Source: Polyangiales bacterium (GTDB lineage Bacteria; Myxococcota_A; Polyangia; Polyangiales; Polyangiaceae). From it: a stretch of DNA of 64,000 bases. The stretch is taken from positions 59,665 through 123,664 of the forward strand of contig JBBRNJ010000015.1 of NCBI GenBank assembly GCA_038230375.1, given 5' to 3'. This document shows, piece by piece, positions 30,645-43,933 of this stretch. Within the stretch, counting starts at the first letter, position 1; every line of letters begins with the position of its first letter. The notes beneath the pieces were generated by a model. That model did no database searches. It saw nothing but the letters and a program-made list of their open reading frames with translations, and was not told the DNA's origin. The position numbers and the translations under genes are program-made.

Positions 30645-32689
30645 CAGGTGTTGGGCTCCGGCGCGGGTTCTGATGTCTTCGTCGAATCTTCGCTCGCCTT
30701 GTCCAGGTCGAGGATCTTCTGCTTCCCCACGTAGCTCTTCGTTTCGTACTTGGTGATCTTGCCGATCTTGCGGACGATCTCCGCCATGCGCTCCGTCTCC
30801 TGCTCGATCACGGCGGCGGCGCGCTCACCCTGCGAGCCCTCGGTGAGGAGGCGACGGAGCAGCGTGGCGTAATTCAGGACCGACGTGAGCGGCTGGTTCA
30901 GCTCGTGCGCGGCCGCGCCTGCGAGCTCCGCGATGACGGCCTGGCGCTCCTGATCGATCAGCTGGTCTTGCGCCTGCTTCAGGCTCTGCTCCATGCGCAT
31001 CTTCTCGCGAAGGTCGGTGAAGATGCCGACACTGCCGACAGGAACGTCGCGATCGTAGATGAGCGCGCCCGCAAAGCTCACAGGCACCGCCGCACCGCTG
31101 CCGTCCAGGATCTCCGTGCGAAGCCCCTCGACGCGGCCCTTGCCGTCGCGGATGAGCCGCATGTGACGCTCCGCTGTGCCCTTCGGATAGAGCTCGCGAA
31201 CGTCGAGGCCAACGACGTCCTTCGCCTCGCGACGGTAGATTCGCTCCGCTGCGCGATTGAAGAACACCACGCGGCCCTCCATGTCCGCGCTGATGATCGC
31301 GTCCACGGAGGAGTCGATGACGCGCTGGAGGAAGTCCTTCGTCTTAAGGAGCTCGGCCTCGACCGCGCGCTCCTGCGTCACGTCGCGGAACGTGCAGAGG
31401 ATGGCGCCCTCTTCGCGGAGGACGCTGGAGAAGTTCATGCTGAGCACCAGCTTCGCGCCGTCCAGCTTGCGCTCCACGCGCACATCCATGCCTTGCGGGT
31501 ACTCGCCGCGCGCAAAGCTCTCCTTGAGGATCGGGCCCAGGTCACCGTCGCCGCCGTTGAAGAAGACGTCCAGCAGCCGGCGCCCGCGGAGCTCCTCTTC
31601 CTCGTAGCCCGTGATCTTGCGCGCGGTGGGGTTGGAGAAGAGCAGGTGCCCCTCCGCGTCGATCACGACGATACCGTCCGCCGAGCTCTCGAAGAAATCC
31701 GCGTAGCGCTGCAGCGAGCGCAGGCGGCGCTCTGCCTCGAAGCGTGCGACCGTGACCTGCTGCGTCTGATCGCGAAGTGACTGCAGCACGCGGGCATTCC
31801 GCAGCGCGATCGCCATGGCGCCAGAGATGGTGCGGCACAGATCGACCTCGCGCTCACCGAAGCCATAGGCGGCGCGCGCGCGCAGGAAGATGACGCCGAG
31901 CGGCTTCTTCTCGTACAGGATCGGCAGGACGCACATGGAGCTGAACGCGATCGGGTTCTCGCCGTTCTCCCGACCCGCCTGCTCAGCCCGCACAATGTCG
32001 AAGAGCGGATGCTTCGTGGCGTCCGGGATGATGAGCGGCGCGCCGCTGGTGAGCACCTGCTGGATCTCGGGGTACCTCCCCAGGTCGATCGGCAGGTCGC
32101 GGAGCTGCTCGTCGTCGCTCGCGGCCACGACGTAACCGACATTGCCGGTCTCGCGGACCAGGACGATGGACACGCGGTCGATGTGCCCGACCTCCGCGAT
32201 GCGCTGCACGACGGTGAAGAGGATGCCGCGGAAATCCAGGTTCGACGCGAGCGCCTGCGTGAGCTCGAGGACGACCTGCGCGTCGCGCTCCTTCTGCGCG
32301 AGCGTCTCCATTGCAGTGCGCAGGCGCAGCTGGCCGCGAACGCGCGCGACGAGCTCCACGGGCTTGAAGGGCTTGCGCACGAAGTCGTCGGCGCCTGCCT
32401 CGAAGGCCTTCGCGACCTCGTCGTCAGCGTCGATCGCCGTGAGCACCACGACCGGAAGGTCGCGTGTCTCTGCGCGCGCTCGCAGGATCCGGAGGACCTG
32501 ATAGCCGTCCGGCGGCGGCATCACGAGATCGAGCAATACGATCGACGGATGGACCTTCTCGATCTGCGCGAGCGCCTCTGCTCCCGATCCCACGCTGACA
32601 TAGTCGAGCTTCGCGGCGGCAAGCGCCTGCCCGAGCACATGACGACTCACGGTGTCGTCGTCGACCACCAGAACGGGACCGGCGCTCAT
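30644..32689 (-). CDS. REC-GAF-PAS-PAS-HisKA protein lacking a HATPase domain
   Basis: VVDDD/LLDLVMP/KPF receiver, GAF, two PAS and HELNQPL. The protein ends about 75 aa later with no N or G boxes. Confidence 0.88.
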   Translation of the reverse strand: MSAGPVLVVDDDTVSRHVLGQALAAAKLDYVSVGSGAEALAQIEKVHPSIVLLDLVMPPPDGYQVLRILRARAETRDLPVVVLTAIDADDEVAKAFEAGADDFVRKPFKPVELVARVRGQLRLRTAMETLAQKERDAQVVLELTQALASNLDFRGILFTVVQRIAEVGHIDRVSIVLVRETGNVGYVVAASDDEQLRDLPIDLGRYPEIQQVLTSGAPLIIPDATKHPLFDIVRAEQAGRENGENPIAFSSMCVLPILYEKKPLGVIFLRARAAYGFGEREVDLCRTISGAMAIALRNARVLQSLRDQTQQVTVARFEAERRLRSLQRYADFFESSADGIVVIDAEGHLLFSNPTARKITGYEEEELRGRRLLDVFFNGGDGDLGPILKESFARGEYPQGMDVRVERKLDGAKLVLSMNFSSVLREEGAILCTFRDVTQERAVEAELLKTKDFLQRVIDSSVDAIISADMEGRVVFFNRAAERIYRREAKDVVGLDVRELYPKGTAERHMRLIRDGKGRVEGLRTEILDGSGAAVPVSFAGALIYDRDVPVGSVGIFTDLREKMRMEQSLKQAQDQLIDQERQAVIAELAGAAAHELNQPLTSVLNYATLLRRLLTEGSQGERAAAVIEQETERMAEIVRKIGKITKYETKSYVGKQKILDLDKASEDSTKTSEPAPEPNT

Positions 32690-32786
32690 CCAGCTCTAAA
32701 TCTATACGGATTTCAGGTAAAAGCAACGCCCCCCGTCCAATCGGTTTGGGCAAGTTCTTCAGCTGGCTCAGGTCAGGCTGGCTCGC

Positions 32787-33635
32787 TCATGTTTCAGTGC
32801 CGTTGAGGCTCAGGTCGCCGCTGCCCTTGTCGTCGCCCTTGCCATCGAGGATGGTGAGCGGCCCCTTGAGCGACACGGTGGTGATGCGGCTGCCCTTCGG
32901 GTTCACGCCGATGGTGCCTTCGAGCTTCGCGCGGAGGCGCAGACCGCCGTCGATCTTCTGTGTGAAGGTGAAGCTCACGCCGAACTCGGCCTGGTCCGCG
33001 GTGGCGGACTTCAGGATGAACTCCACGCCGTCGACCGTGGTCTTGCCGTCGTCCTTGATGCCGATCATGTCGAGCACCGAGTCCGTCGACGGAACGAGCT
33101 TCTCGCCGACCTTCAGCGCGCGGTTCGGCAGGAACTCGGCGGCCTTGTCCTTCTCGAAGACGTCGGCGTAGTGATCGTGGAGCTCCTTCAGCTGCGTTGC
33201 GCCGACCTTGGCGCCACCGGAGTCCTGCGCAGAGAGCTTGCCGTCATCCGCACGGCTCACGACGAAGCGCGAGCCCGCGAGCGGGTTGACGGATTTCTTC
33301 TCGTCACCTGTGCCCTCTTGCTTGGTCGAGAACAGCTCCTTCACGTCGAGCGCGGCCTTGGTCACGCGGAACTCGTCGGAGGCCTGCACCTCCACGGTGG
33401 TGGTCTGCTCCTCCGTCTGGCGGAAGACCTTGCCACCGAAGGTGAACTTCATGGTCATCTTGTTGGTCGCCGTGAGCTTCGTGCCGGCCTTCGGAACGGA
33501 CTTCACGAAGCTGATGTCCGTGGACGCGGCCGTGGTGCCGGCAGCGGCGTCACCGCCAACGGCATCCCCCTTCACCTTGCAGGAGCAGAGCGCCAACATC
33601 AGGATTGCGACGGCACCAAGAGCGAGTGTCTTCAT
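32787..33635 (-). CDS. Hypothetical lipoprotein
   Basis: Lipobox LCSC, beta-rich sequence and typical codon bias. Confidence 0.75.
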   Translation of the reverse strand: MKTLALGAVAILMLALCSCKVKGDAVGGDAAAGTTAASTDISFVKSVPKAGTKLTATNKMTMKFTFGGKVFRQTEEQTTTVEVQASDEFRVTKAALDVKELFSTKQEGTGDEKKSVNPLAGSRFVVSRADDGKLSAQDSGGAKVGATQLKELHDHYADVFEKDKAAEFLPNRALKVGEKLVPSTDSVLDMIGIKDDGKTTVDGVEFILKSATADQAEFGVSFTFTQKIDGGLRLRAKLEGTIGVNPKGSRITTVSLKGPLTILDGKGDDKGSGDLSLNGTET

Positions 33636-33682
33636 GGGCCGACGAAAATAACACGAGAGCGGTTATTAACGGCAAGTAACCT

Positions 33683-34315
33683 TCAGCCGGCTCGCACCAC
33701 CGACGCCACGGAATCGCGGCCGAGCGCGCGTTTCCACCACGCCTCGAGGTGCGGGAGATTCGCGGTGACGTGAGGTGCGCCGATGATCGGCAGGCTCGCG
33801 ACGTACGGCGCAAGCGATGCGTCGGCGAGCGAGAACGCATCCCCCGCGAGCCACTGCGACGATGCAAGCGCGCGATCGTGGACGGCGAACGCCTTCGTCA
33901 GTGCCGCCTCCGCCGCGCTCTCCGCCATGGGGTCCGGCGCGTTGCCCTGGTGCTTCTTCAGGATGCGCTCCACGGCGAGCGCACGCGTGTGTGGCGCGAC
34001 GTACGACTGGTCCACGGAGAGCCACTGCTCCATGCGCGCCGCGTCCTTCGCGTTCGTCGGCGTGAGGCGCGGGCCGGGCAGCGTCACGTCCAGGTAGCGG
34101 ATGATCGCACGCGACTCGTACAGGAGGAACTCCCCGTCCTCGAGGACCGGGACGACACCGAACGGATGACGCGAAAGATGCGGCTCCCCCTTCTGTTCGC
34201 CCGTGAACAGGTCGACCGTGACGAACGTGTGCGCGCACTTCTTCTCGGCGAGCGTGATGAGGACCTTGCGCGTGCAGCTGGAGAGCGGGTGACCGTGAAC
34301 CTTGATGGTGTTCAT
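33683..34315 (-). CDS. Glutathione S-transferase
   Basis: HPFGVVPVL, LYESRAIIRYL and AGDAFSLAD. Confidence 0.92.
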   Translation of the reverse strand: MNTIKVHGHPLSSCTRKVLITLAEKKCAHTFVTVDLFTGEQKGEPHLSRHPFGVVPVLEDGEFLLYESRAIIRYLDVTLPGPRLTPTNAKDAARMEQWLSVDQSYVAPHTRALAVERILKKHQGNAPDPMAESAAEAALTKAFAVHDRALASSQWLAGDAFSLADASLAPYVASLPIIGAPHVTANLPHLEAWWKRALGRDSVASVVRAG

Positions 34316-34330
34316 GCCACCAAGGAGCCG

Positions 34331-34891
34331 CTACCGGGGCCGGAGGATTTCGAAAATCGACTCGGGGTCCGCTTTTTTTGTTACCCGTGCGTCCTCGCGG
34401 AAGGAGCGGAGGAGCTCCGCCTTCACGGCCGCGCGAGCGCGATGCAGCCGCGACTTCATGGCCTCTACCGTGAGCCCGAGATGCGCGGCGGTGTCGTTCG
34501 TGCTCTCGCCGAGGATGTCGCGGTGGATGAGCACGTCGCGCAGCTCGGGCGCGAGGCCCTCGAGGATGTGCGAGAGGCGCTCGCGCAGGCGGCGGTCCAC
34601 GAGCTGCTCTTCGGGGTTTGGCCCTTCGAGCGCGAGCGGCTCGGTGTCGTCCGTCAGCACGTGCTTGAGCGAGCGCCGCGCGAGGCGCGTGCAGTGCGTG
34701 CGGACCGCGCGAAAGAGCCACGACGAGAGCGCTGCGATTTCGCGCAGGCTGCCGATGTACCGGGAGAGCGCGAGCAGGGCTTCCTGCGTCGCCTCCTCGG
34801 CGTCGGCAGGTGAGATGCAGAGGCGCGCGGCGTAGCGCACCACGTCCGGCCGGCGCTCACGGAGCAGCGAATCGATCTCCTTCGCGTTCAC
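34331..34891 (-). CDS. ECF sigma factor
   Basis: DAEEATQE, SSWLFRAV and AMKSRLHRAR. Confidence 0.9.
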   Translation of the reverse strand: MNAKEIDSLLRERRPDVVRYAARLCISPADAEEATQEALLALSRYIGSLREIAALSSWLFRAVRTHCTRLARRSLKHVLTDDTEPLALEGPNPEEQLVDRRLRERLSHILEGLAPELRDVLIHRDILGESTNDTAAHLGLTVEAMKSRLHRARAAVKAELLRSFREDARVTKKADPESIFEILRPR

Positions 34892-34905
34892 TAGCTATCC
34901 ACTGC

Positions 34906-35964
34906 CTAGAAGAGGCCGCCCTGCGCGGCGCCCCCCTGCGGTGACTTCCCGAGGTGCTCGTATGCCTTGCGCGTGGCCACGCGACCACGCGGCGTGCGAC
35001 CGATGAAGCCCTGCTGCAGCAAGTACGGCTCGTAGACGTCCTCGATGGTGTCCCGGGGCTCGCCCAGGGCGGCGGCGAGTGTCTCCACGCCCACGGGCCC
35101 ACCCTCGTAGTCCTCGATGATGATCTTGAGGAGGCGGCGGTCCATCTCGTCGAAGCCGGCGTCGTCGACCTCGAGCCGCTTGCACGCGTCGCGAACGCCG
35201 GCGGTGTCGATCGTTCCGTCGCCCAGGACATCCGCAAAGTCGCGGACGCGACGGAGAAGGCGGTTCGCGATGCGCGGCGTGCCACGTGCGCGCTTGCCGA
35301 TCTCGGTGGCGGCGGCCTCCTCGATGGTGACGCCGAGCAGCGACGCGCTCCGCAGCACGATGCGCGCGAGCTCCGGCACCGGATAGAAGTCGAGCCGCAT
35401 GACATGCCCGAACCGCGAGAAGAGCGGCGCCGTGAGGAGGCCGGTGCGCGTGGTGGCGCCGACGAGCGTGAACGGCGCGACGTCGATCTGGATCGAAGAC
35501 GCGAACGCCCCCTCCCCCGTCATGATGTCGATGCGGAAGTCCTCGAGCGCGGGATAGAGGCTCTCCTCCACGATGGGATTCAGGCGATGAATCTCGTCGA
35601 TGAAGAGGATGTCGTTCGGGCCGAGCTTGGTGAGCAGCCCGGCGAGCGCGCCCTTGTGCTCCACGACGGGGCCGTTCGTCATATGCAGCGCGACGCCCAT
35701 CTCGTGAGCAAGGATCTGCGCGAGCGTGGTCTTGCCAAGACCAGGAGGACCACACAAGAGGAGGTGATCGAGCGGCTCACCGCGACGCTTCGCCGCGGTC
35801 ACGAAGACGCGGAGGTTCTCCTTGTGCTTCTCCTGGCCGACGTAGTCGTCGAAGGTCTGAGGGCGAAGCGTGCGGTCGAAGCGTGTGTCGTCGCCGTGCG
35901 CCGCGCCGTCGACGGGGCGCGGCTCGGGGGGCTCCGGGGCCGCTTTTTTGGGAGGTTTCGCCAC
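34906..35964 (-). CDS. ruvB: Holliday junction branch migration helicase RuvB
   Basis: [35 protein letters not shown] and RTPRGR. Confidence 0.97.
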   Translation of the reverse strand: MAKPPKKAAPEPPEPRPVDGAAHGDDTRFDRTLRPQTFDDYVGQEKHKENLRVFVTAAKRRGEPLDHLLLCGPPGLGKTTLAQILAHEMGVALHMTNGPVVEHKGALAGLLTKLGPNDILFIDEIHRLNPIVEESLYPALEDFRIDIMTGEGAFASSIQIDVAPFTLVGATTRTGLLTAPLFSRFGHVMRLDFYPVPELARIVLRSASLLGVTIEEAAATEIGKRARGTPRIANRLLRRVRDFADVLGDGTIDTAGVRDACKRLEVDDAGFDEMDRRLLKIIIEDYEGGPVGVETLAAALGEPRDTIEDVYEPYLLQQGFIGRTPRGRVATRKAYEHLGKSPQGGAAQGGLF

Positions 35965-36016
35965 GTCCCTCCTTCTACACGATCTTGGCGGGGACCTTGC
36001 AGGTCAGGCCTCGGAG

Positions 36017-36733
36017 ATGACCGAATCCCCTTCGTCGCCACGACGCCGGCCAGGAGAGAACGCGCCAGAACAGGCGAGTTTCTCGGAGCAGAGCCGCGAA
36101 CGGATGATGTCGGACGTCCGCTACCTGCTCCGTCAGCCGTCCACCCCCTGGATCGTGTTCGACCGCAAATCGACGCCGGGAGACACCTCGACCCCGACCT
36201 CGACCCCGACCTCGACCCCGACCTCGACCTCGACCCCGACCCCGACCTCGACCCCGACCCCGACCCTCACCCCCACCTCCTTCGTTCCCTTCGAGATCGA
36301 AGCTCCGTTCGAGCTGGCTCCGCCGCGCGCGGCCTTCCCCAGGGCTGGTGTGGCCGTGGTGCTGCTCGCGGCGCTCGCCGGCGTTGCTGTCTTCGGGACG
36401 TTGCGGGGGATGGATGTGTCTGCCAGCACGGTCGCTCCGATCGCCGTGACGGATGTGCCGGTCGCGGCGGCTCCCGCGCCCGAGCCCGAGCCGGAGATCG
36501 CGGTGCCGGCACCCGAGAAGAAGACCGCCGCGATGCCCAACGCGCCTTCGTGGCTCGCGGTCCGTGGCAACGCGAGCATCCATCGCATCTATCTGGACGG
36601 GAAGCTCCTGCTCGGGAACGGTGCGCGCTCGTTCGTCGTGAAGTGCGGGATGCACACGATCGCGGTGAGCGACAGGAAGCACACGCGCGCCGTGGACGTG
36701 CCTTGCGGTGGCGAGCTCATCGTGAGCGAATAG
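36017..36733 (+). CDS. Hypothetical single-TM protein with Thr/Pro/Ser linker and PEGA-like tail
   Basis: ATG 36017, (TP/TS)n linker, TM helix and IYLDGKLLG-like tail. Confidence 0.65.
   Translation: MTESPSSPRRRPGENAPEQASFSEQSRERMMSDVRYLLRQPSTPWIVFDRKSTPGDTSTPTSTPTSTPTSTSTPTPTSTPTPTLTPTSFVPFEIEAPFELAPPRAAFPRAGVAVVLLAALAGVAVFGTLRGMDVSASTVAPIAVTDVPVAAAPAPEPEPEIAVPAPEKKTAAMPNAPSWLAVRGNASIHRIYLDGKLLLGNGARSFVVKCGMHTIAVSDRKHTRAVDVPCGGELIVSE
36185..36280 (+). repeat. TCGACC/CCGACC hexamer tract
   Basis: Directly visible, encodes TSTPTSTP. Confidence 0.93.
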
Positions 36734-36797
36734 CGTCGTGACCGACCCTCCATGATTTCCGTTTGCGCGGGGCTCACCAGCGCCTAGATTCCGCGGC

Positions 36798-39536
<2,739 letters not shown>

Positions 39537-39539
39537 CGC

Positions 39540-41189
39540 TCACTCCTGCGGCGCGGCGTAGGACTCGGGTATGCGCAGGATCACGAGCTGGCCGTCCTGC
39601 ACGTTGATCTTGCTCGCCCACACCGTACGTCCCGCCGACAACGCCTTCACGAGATGGGTCCCGGCTGCGACGCGCGCCGGGCGCTTCGGCGCGATCGAGA
39701 GCTCGGCACCGTCGCAGAAGAGCGTGGTGCCTGCCGCGAGCGGACGCTCGAGCGCGAGGCGAACTCCGGGTTGCGGTCGTGAACGAGGCCTGAGACCGAC
39801 CGCGATGGGGGCCGGCGGGGTGGAGCCGGACGGCGGAGCGCTGGGCACCGAGGGTGCGGACGCCTCTGGTGACGCGCTGACCACTTCGCCGTGGTCGAGA
39901 CCATCTGGGTCGTCGTCATTCTTCCTCGTGACGGCGAGTGTGGTCGGCGCGCTTGCTGCGGCGCCGGATGCTGTGGTGCCAGACAGAACGGCCGCGGCCG
40001 GGTCGGGCGTACGGCCGCGTGAGAGCGCAAACAGGAACATGCCCATGGCGAACAGGACAAGCACCACAGCCGCGGTTCGCTGCACCGACCACGCCGCACG
40101 CGGAAGCGCGGGTTTGTGCGAGCGCGGTCCCGCGTCGATCTCGGCGAGTGTCTCGTCGGGCAAGAGCCTTTGCTCAGCCACGGCGGCGGCGGCCGCCAGA
40201 TCGCGCAAGCTCGGCACGGATTCGTCGATGTCGCCGGTGTTCTCGAGGAACGGCACGCCGCGTGCGCGCTCCATGGTCCGCACGATGTGCTCCGCGAATG
40301 CAACGCTCCCGGGCGGCCCGAACGGGGCCAGCGCCGCGGCAAGCTTGCCCACGTCGGCATAGCGCGCGTCTCGGTTGCGTGCGAGACACTTCAGGAGCAC
40401 GAGGTCGAGCTCCTTCTGCGAGTCGGTTCTATGCGCGGACAGGTTAGGGATCGGAAGGCCGCGGATGTTGGCGACGATCTCGCCGAGGCTCGCCGCGGCG
40501 AAGAGCCCGATGCCGGTGAGGATCTCGTACAGGATGACGCCAAGGCTCCAGATGTCCGCGCGCGGATCGATCGTGGAGCCGACCTCGAGGCGCTCCGGCG
40601 CCATGTACTCGGGCGTGCCGACGGCGTGTCCGGGCCGCGTGAGGGCCAGCCCCTCCTTCTTGCTCGTGAGGAGCTTGGAGATCCCGAAGTCGAGCACCTT
40701 CACGAACGGCGAGCCATCGAGCGCCGTCGTCACGAAGAGGTTCGCTGGCTTGAGATCGCGATGCACCATGCCGCGCGCATGGACCTCTGCAAGTGCGTCG
40801 CACGTCTGCAGGATCATGTCGATGGCGAGCTCGACCGGCAGCGCCTTCAGGTCCATGAGTGTCTGCGCGAGATCCTTGCCGTCCAGGCGCTCCATCACCA
40901 GGTACGGGTTGCCCTCGGGCAGAACGCCGATGTCGTAGATCTGCGGGACCCGGGGCGTGCGCAGCTGCGCGGACGCACGCGCCTCGTGGCGGAAGCGCGC
41001 GAGCCCCTCTGGCTCCGCAAGCATCACGTCCGACATGAGCTTCACAGCCACCGCACGCGAAAGCAGCGCATCCGTCGCCGCGTACACCGTGCTCATGCCG
41101 CCCTTCGCGAGGACGCCCTGAACGACGTAGCGACCACCGAGCTTCTGGCCAGCGACAAGCTCTACGGACGGCGCAGGGTCAGTCACCAT
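39540..41189 (-). CDS. Membrane Ser/Thr kinase with PEGA-like C-terminus
   Basis: HRDLKPAN, DFG, GTPEYMAPE and a TM helix. Start uncertain (41189 chosen, track 41243). Confidence 0.9.
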   Translation of the reverse strand: MVTDPAPSVELVAGQKLGGRYVVQGVLAKGGMSTVYAATDALLSRAVAVKLMSDVMLAEPEGLARFRHEARASAQLRTPRVPQIYDIGVLPEGNPYLVMERLDGKDLAQTLMDLKALPVELAIDMILQTCDALAEVHARGMVHRDLKPANLFVTTALDGSPFVKVLDFGISKLLTSKKEGLALTRPGHAVGTPEYMAPERLEVGSTIDPRADIWSLGVILYEILTGIGLFAAASLGEIVANIRGLPIPNLSAHRTDSQKELDLVLLKCLARNRDARYADVGKLAAALAPFGPPGSVAFAEHIVRTMERARGVPFLENTGDIDESVPSLRDLAAAAAVAEQRLLPDETLAEIDAGPRSHKPALPRAAWSVQRTAAVVLVLFAMGMFLFALSRGRTPDPAAAVLSGTTASGAAASAPTTLAVTRKNDDDPDGLDHGEVVSASPEASAPSVPSAPPSGSTPPAPIAVGLRPRSRPQPGVRLALERPLAAGTTLFCDGAELSIAPKRPARVAAGTHLVKALSAGRTVWASKINVQDGQLVILRIPESYAAPQE

Positions 41190-41294
41190 CTCATGATGCC
41201 ATGGGCCGTCGCACTCCACGGGAGGCTTTCGAACGCGCGCCAACTCGCGTACCGTTCGTGGACTCCCGGGGGGGAGTAAGTCTTGCTCTTGCAG

Positions 41295-43172
41295 ATGAAC
41301 GACCTCATCGAGCGACTCGACGAGTCAATCACTGTCTACGATCGGGACGCCCGCATCGTCTTCCTGAATGGCGCCGCGTCGCGTGCGATGCGGATGCCCA
41401 CGGAGAAGATCCTGGGGCGCCGTGTGTGGGACCTGGTGGAGTCACCGACCCGCACGCCGTTCCGCGACGCGATCGAGGCGGTGATCGCCGGCGGCCCGAA
41501 GTGCACCGTGAGCTATCGCGTGCCAAGGCTCGACCGCTGGTTCGAGGTGGACATCTATCCGCACCCCGAGGGTGCAATCGCGGTCGCTCGCGACATCACT
41601 GACCGGCAGACAGCGCAGGAGCGGCTGCGCGAGAGCGAGGCCCGGTTCCGCGCCATGGTGGAGTTCGCACCAGAGGCCATCTTGATCTTCGACAGCGGCA
41701 CCGGACTCTTCACGGATGCCAATGCAGAGGCCGAGAACCTCTTCGGCCGTACCCGCGACGAGCTGCTGCTCATCGGTCCCACGGAGGTGTCCCCCGCCAG
41801 GCAGCCGGATGGGTCGTCATCTGCGGAGCTTCTGCCAGCCGTCGTCCAGGGGTTCCTTGACACGGGCAGAGCCGATCTCGAGTGGACCGTGCTGGGACCG
41901 CGTCAGCAGCCCATCATCGTGGAGGCGCACGTCCGCCGTCTGCCGTTCACCGAGCCGCCGCAGTTCCGCGCGAGCATCCACGACATCACCAAGCGCAAGC
42001 GAGCGCAGGACCAGCTCGCGCAGGTGCAGCGGCTGGAGGCAGTGGCGCGCCTCGCGGGGGGTGTGGCGCACGACTTCAACAACATGCTGACGATCATCCT
42101 CGGTGCTACGCAGCTCGCCATCCGCGATCTGGACTCGGCCGAATCGCCGCGCGAGCTCCTCCTGTCCGTTGTGGACGCGGCCGAGCGCGCGTCGCTGATC
42201 ACGCGCCAGCTGCTCGCGTTCGCAAGGGACCAGAAGATCTCGCCGCGCGTCCTCAGCCTGAGCGCGTACGCAGAGCGCATGAAGCCCATGCTGACGCGCA
42301 TCGTCGGCGAGGACGTGGAGATCGAGCTCGATCTTGCGCAGCCTCTCGGCGGCGTGCTGATCGATCCAGGTCACGTGGAACAGATCCTTCTCAACCTGGC
42401 GGCCAACGCGCGTGACGCCATGCCTCGTGGCGGTCGGCTCACCATCCACACGGCGAATATCTTCCTGGACACGGAGTACGAGCGGCTCCACAACGGCGTG
42501 CCGCCCGGTCGCTACGTGATGCTCACCGTGTCGGATACGGGCGAGGGGATCCCGGAGGCGGTGAAGCCTCACATCTTCGAGCCATTCTTCACGACCAAGG
42601 CGCTACATCGCGGCACGGGGCTCGGGCTTGCGACCGTGCATGGCCTGGTCATGCAGAACCGCGGGCACATCTGGGTCTACAGCGAGCCAGGCATGGGCGC
42701 GACCTTCAAGGTCTACCTGCCGCAGGTGGAAGGCGCGTCGAGCGACGTCGAGGCCCCGCATGACAAGGAGAAGGACGAGCTGGGCGGCACCGAGACGATC
42801 CTGCTCGTGGAGGACGAGGACGGCGTGCGCCAGTTCCTGCGGCGGGCACTGCAGCGCGGCGGGTACACCGTACTGGAGGCACGCAATGCGGGCGAGGCGC
42901 TGCTCATCTTCGAGCAGCACGAGACGCCGATCCACGCGATGATCACGGACGTGATCATGCCGCGCATGACTGGACCCGAGCTCGCGACGCGGCTGCGCAA
43001 GGTCCGGCCGGACCTCTGCATCGTCTTCATCTCCGGGTACTCGGAGGATCGGGTGCCGGAGGCCCATGCCTCAGGAACGCGGGAGCCGATCCACGACGCG
43101 TTCATCGCCAAGCCTGTGTCGGTGGATGCATTGCTTCGCGGCGTGCGCGGGGTGTTGGACCGGAAGCCATGA
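41295..43172 (+). CDS. PAS-PAS hybrid histidine kinase with receiver (CckA-like architecture)
   Basis: AHDFNN, NARDAM, PFFTTK, GTGLGL and a C-terminal receiver. Confidence 0.93.
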   Translation: MNDLIERLDESITVYDRDARIVFLNGAASRAMRMPTEKILGRRVWDLVESPTRTPFRDAIEAVIAGGPKCTVSYRVPRLDRWFEVDIYPHPEGAIAVARDITDRQTAQERLRESEARFRAMVEFAPEAILIFDSGTGLFTDANAEAENLFGRTRDELLLIGPTEVSPARQPDGSSSAELLPAVVQGFLDTGRADLEWTVLGPRQQPIIVEAHVRRLPFTEPPQFRASIHDITKRKRAQDQLAQVQRLEAVARLAGGVAHDFNNMLTIILGATQLAIRDLDSAESPRELLLSVVDAAERASLITRQLLAFARDQKISPRVLSLSAYAERMKPMLTRIVGEDVEIELDLAQPLGGVLIDPGHVEQILLNLAANARDAMPRGGRLTIHTANIFLDTEYERLHNGVPPGRYVMLTVSDTGEGIPEAVKPHIFEPFFTTKALHRGTGLGLATVHGLVMQNRGHIWVYSEPGMGATFKVYLPQVEGASSDVEAPHDKEKDELGGTETILLVEDEDGVRQFLRRALQRGGYTVLEARNAGEALLIFEQHETPIHAMITDVIMPRMTGPELATRLRKVRPDLCIVFISGYSEDRVPEAHASGTREPIHDAFIAKPVSVDALLRGVRGVLDRKP

Positions 43173-43903
43173 GGAGCGCACTTGTCAGCGGCGCGAACCG
43201 CGGCATCGGACTCACGATCGCCGACGACCTGGAAAAACGCGGTCTCCGGGTGCTCCGCGCCTCACGCGATGGCGCTCACGGGCCTTCGCTCGACGTCAGG
43301 AAGGCGGCCGACATCGCGCGTGGCGCGAGCGAGATCGACTCGCTCGACGTGCTGGTGAACAACGCCGGCGTGTCCATGGACGGCTTTGACCGCGACGTCG
43401 CGCGCCAGACGATCGACGCAAACTTCTACGGCGCGTTGCACCTGACGGACGCGCTCCTGCCGAAGATGCGCGCCGGGGGACGCATCGTGATGGTGTCGAG
43501 TGGTCTCGGGTCGATCACGGCGGTGTCGAAGGAGCTCCAGAAGCGCATCCTCTCCCCTTCCCTCACCCGGGAGGAGCTCATCGCGATCGTGGAGTCGTTC
43601 ATCGACGGCGTGGGCCACCCCACGAGCGATCACACCGCGCGTGGTTTTCCGACCAGCGCCTACCGCGTCTCCAAGATCGCGATGAACGCGCTCACACGCA
43701 TCCTTGCGCGCGAGCTCGAAGGCGACGCGCGGAAGCTCCTCGTCAACGCCTACGACCCAGGCTGGGTGCGCTCACGCATGGGCGGCCCGGGCGCGGCACG
43801 TTCGCTCGAGGAAGGCGCACGCACGGGCGTGTTCCTTGCGCTGCTGCCCGAGAGCGGCCCCACGGGCGGCTTCTTCCGGGACGACAAGCCTACCCCGTGG
43901 TGA
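43169..43903 (+). CDS. SDR oxidoreductase (carbonyl reductase-like)
   Basis: SGANRGIG, NNAG, YRVSK and PGWVRS. Confidence 0.92.
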   Translation: MRSALVSGANRGIGLTIADDLEKRGLRVLRASRDGAHGPSLDVRKAADIARGASEIDSLDVLVNNAGVSMDGFDRDVARQTIDANFYGALHLTDALLPKMRAGGRIVMVSSGLGSITAVSKELQKRILSPSLTREELIAIVESFIDGVGHPTSDHTARGFPTSAYRVSKIAMNALTRILARELEGDARKLLVNAYDPGWVRSRMGGPGAARSLEEGARTGVFLALLPESGPTGGFFRDDKPTPW

Positions 43904-43933
43904 GCGCTCGGCGAGCGCCGGTGAGCGCAGAGG

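Noticed and set aside
34331..34390. ECF-type promoter in the AT-rich 3' end of the sigma gene
   Set aside because: GTAAC is present, but there is no convincing -10 at the usual spacing.
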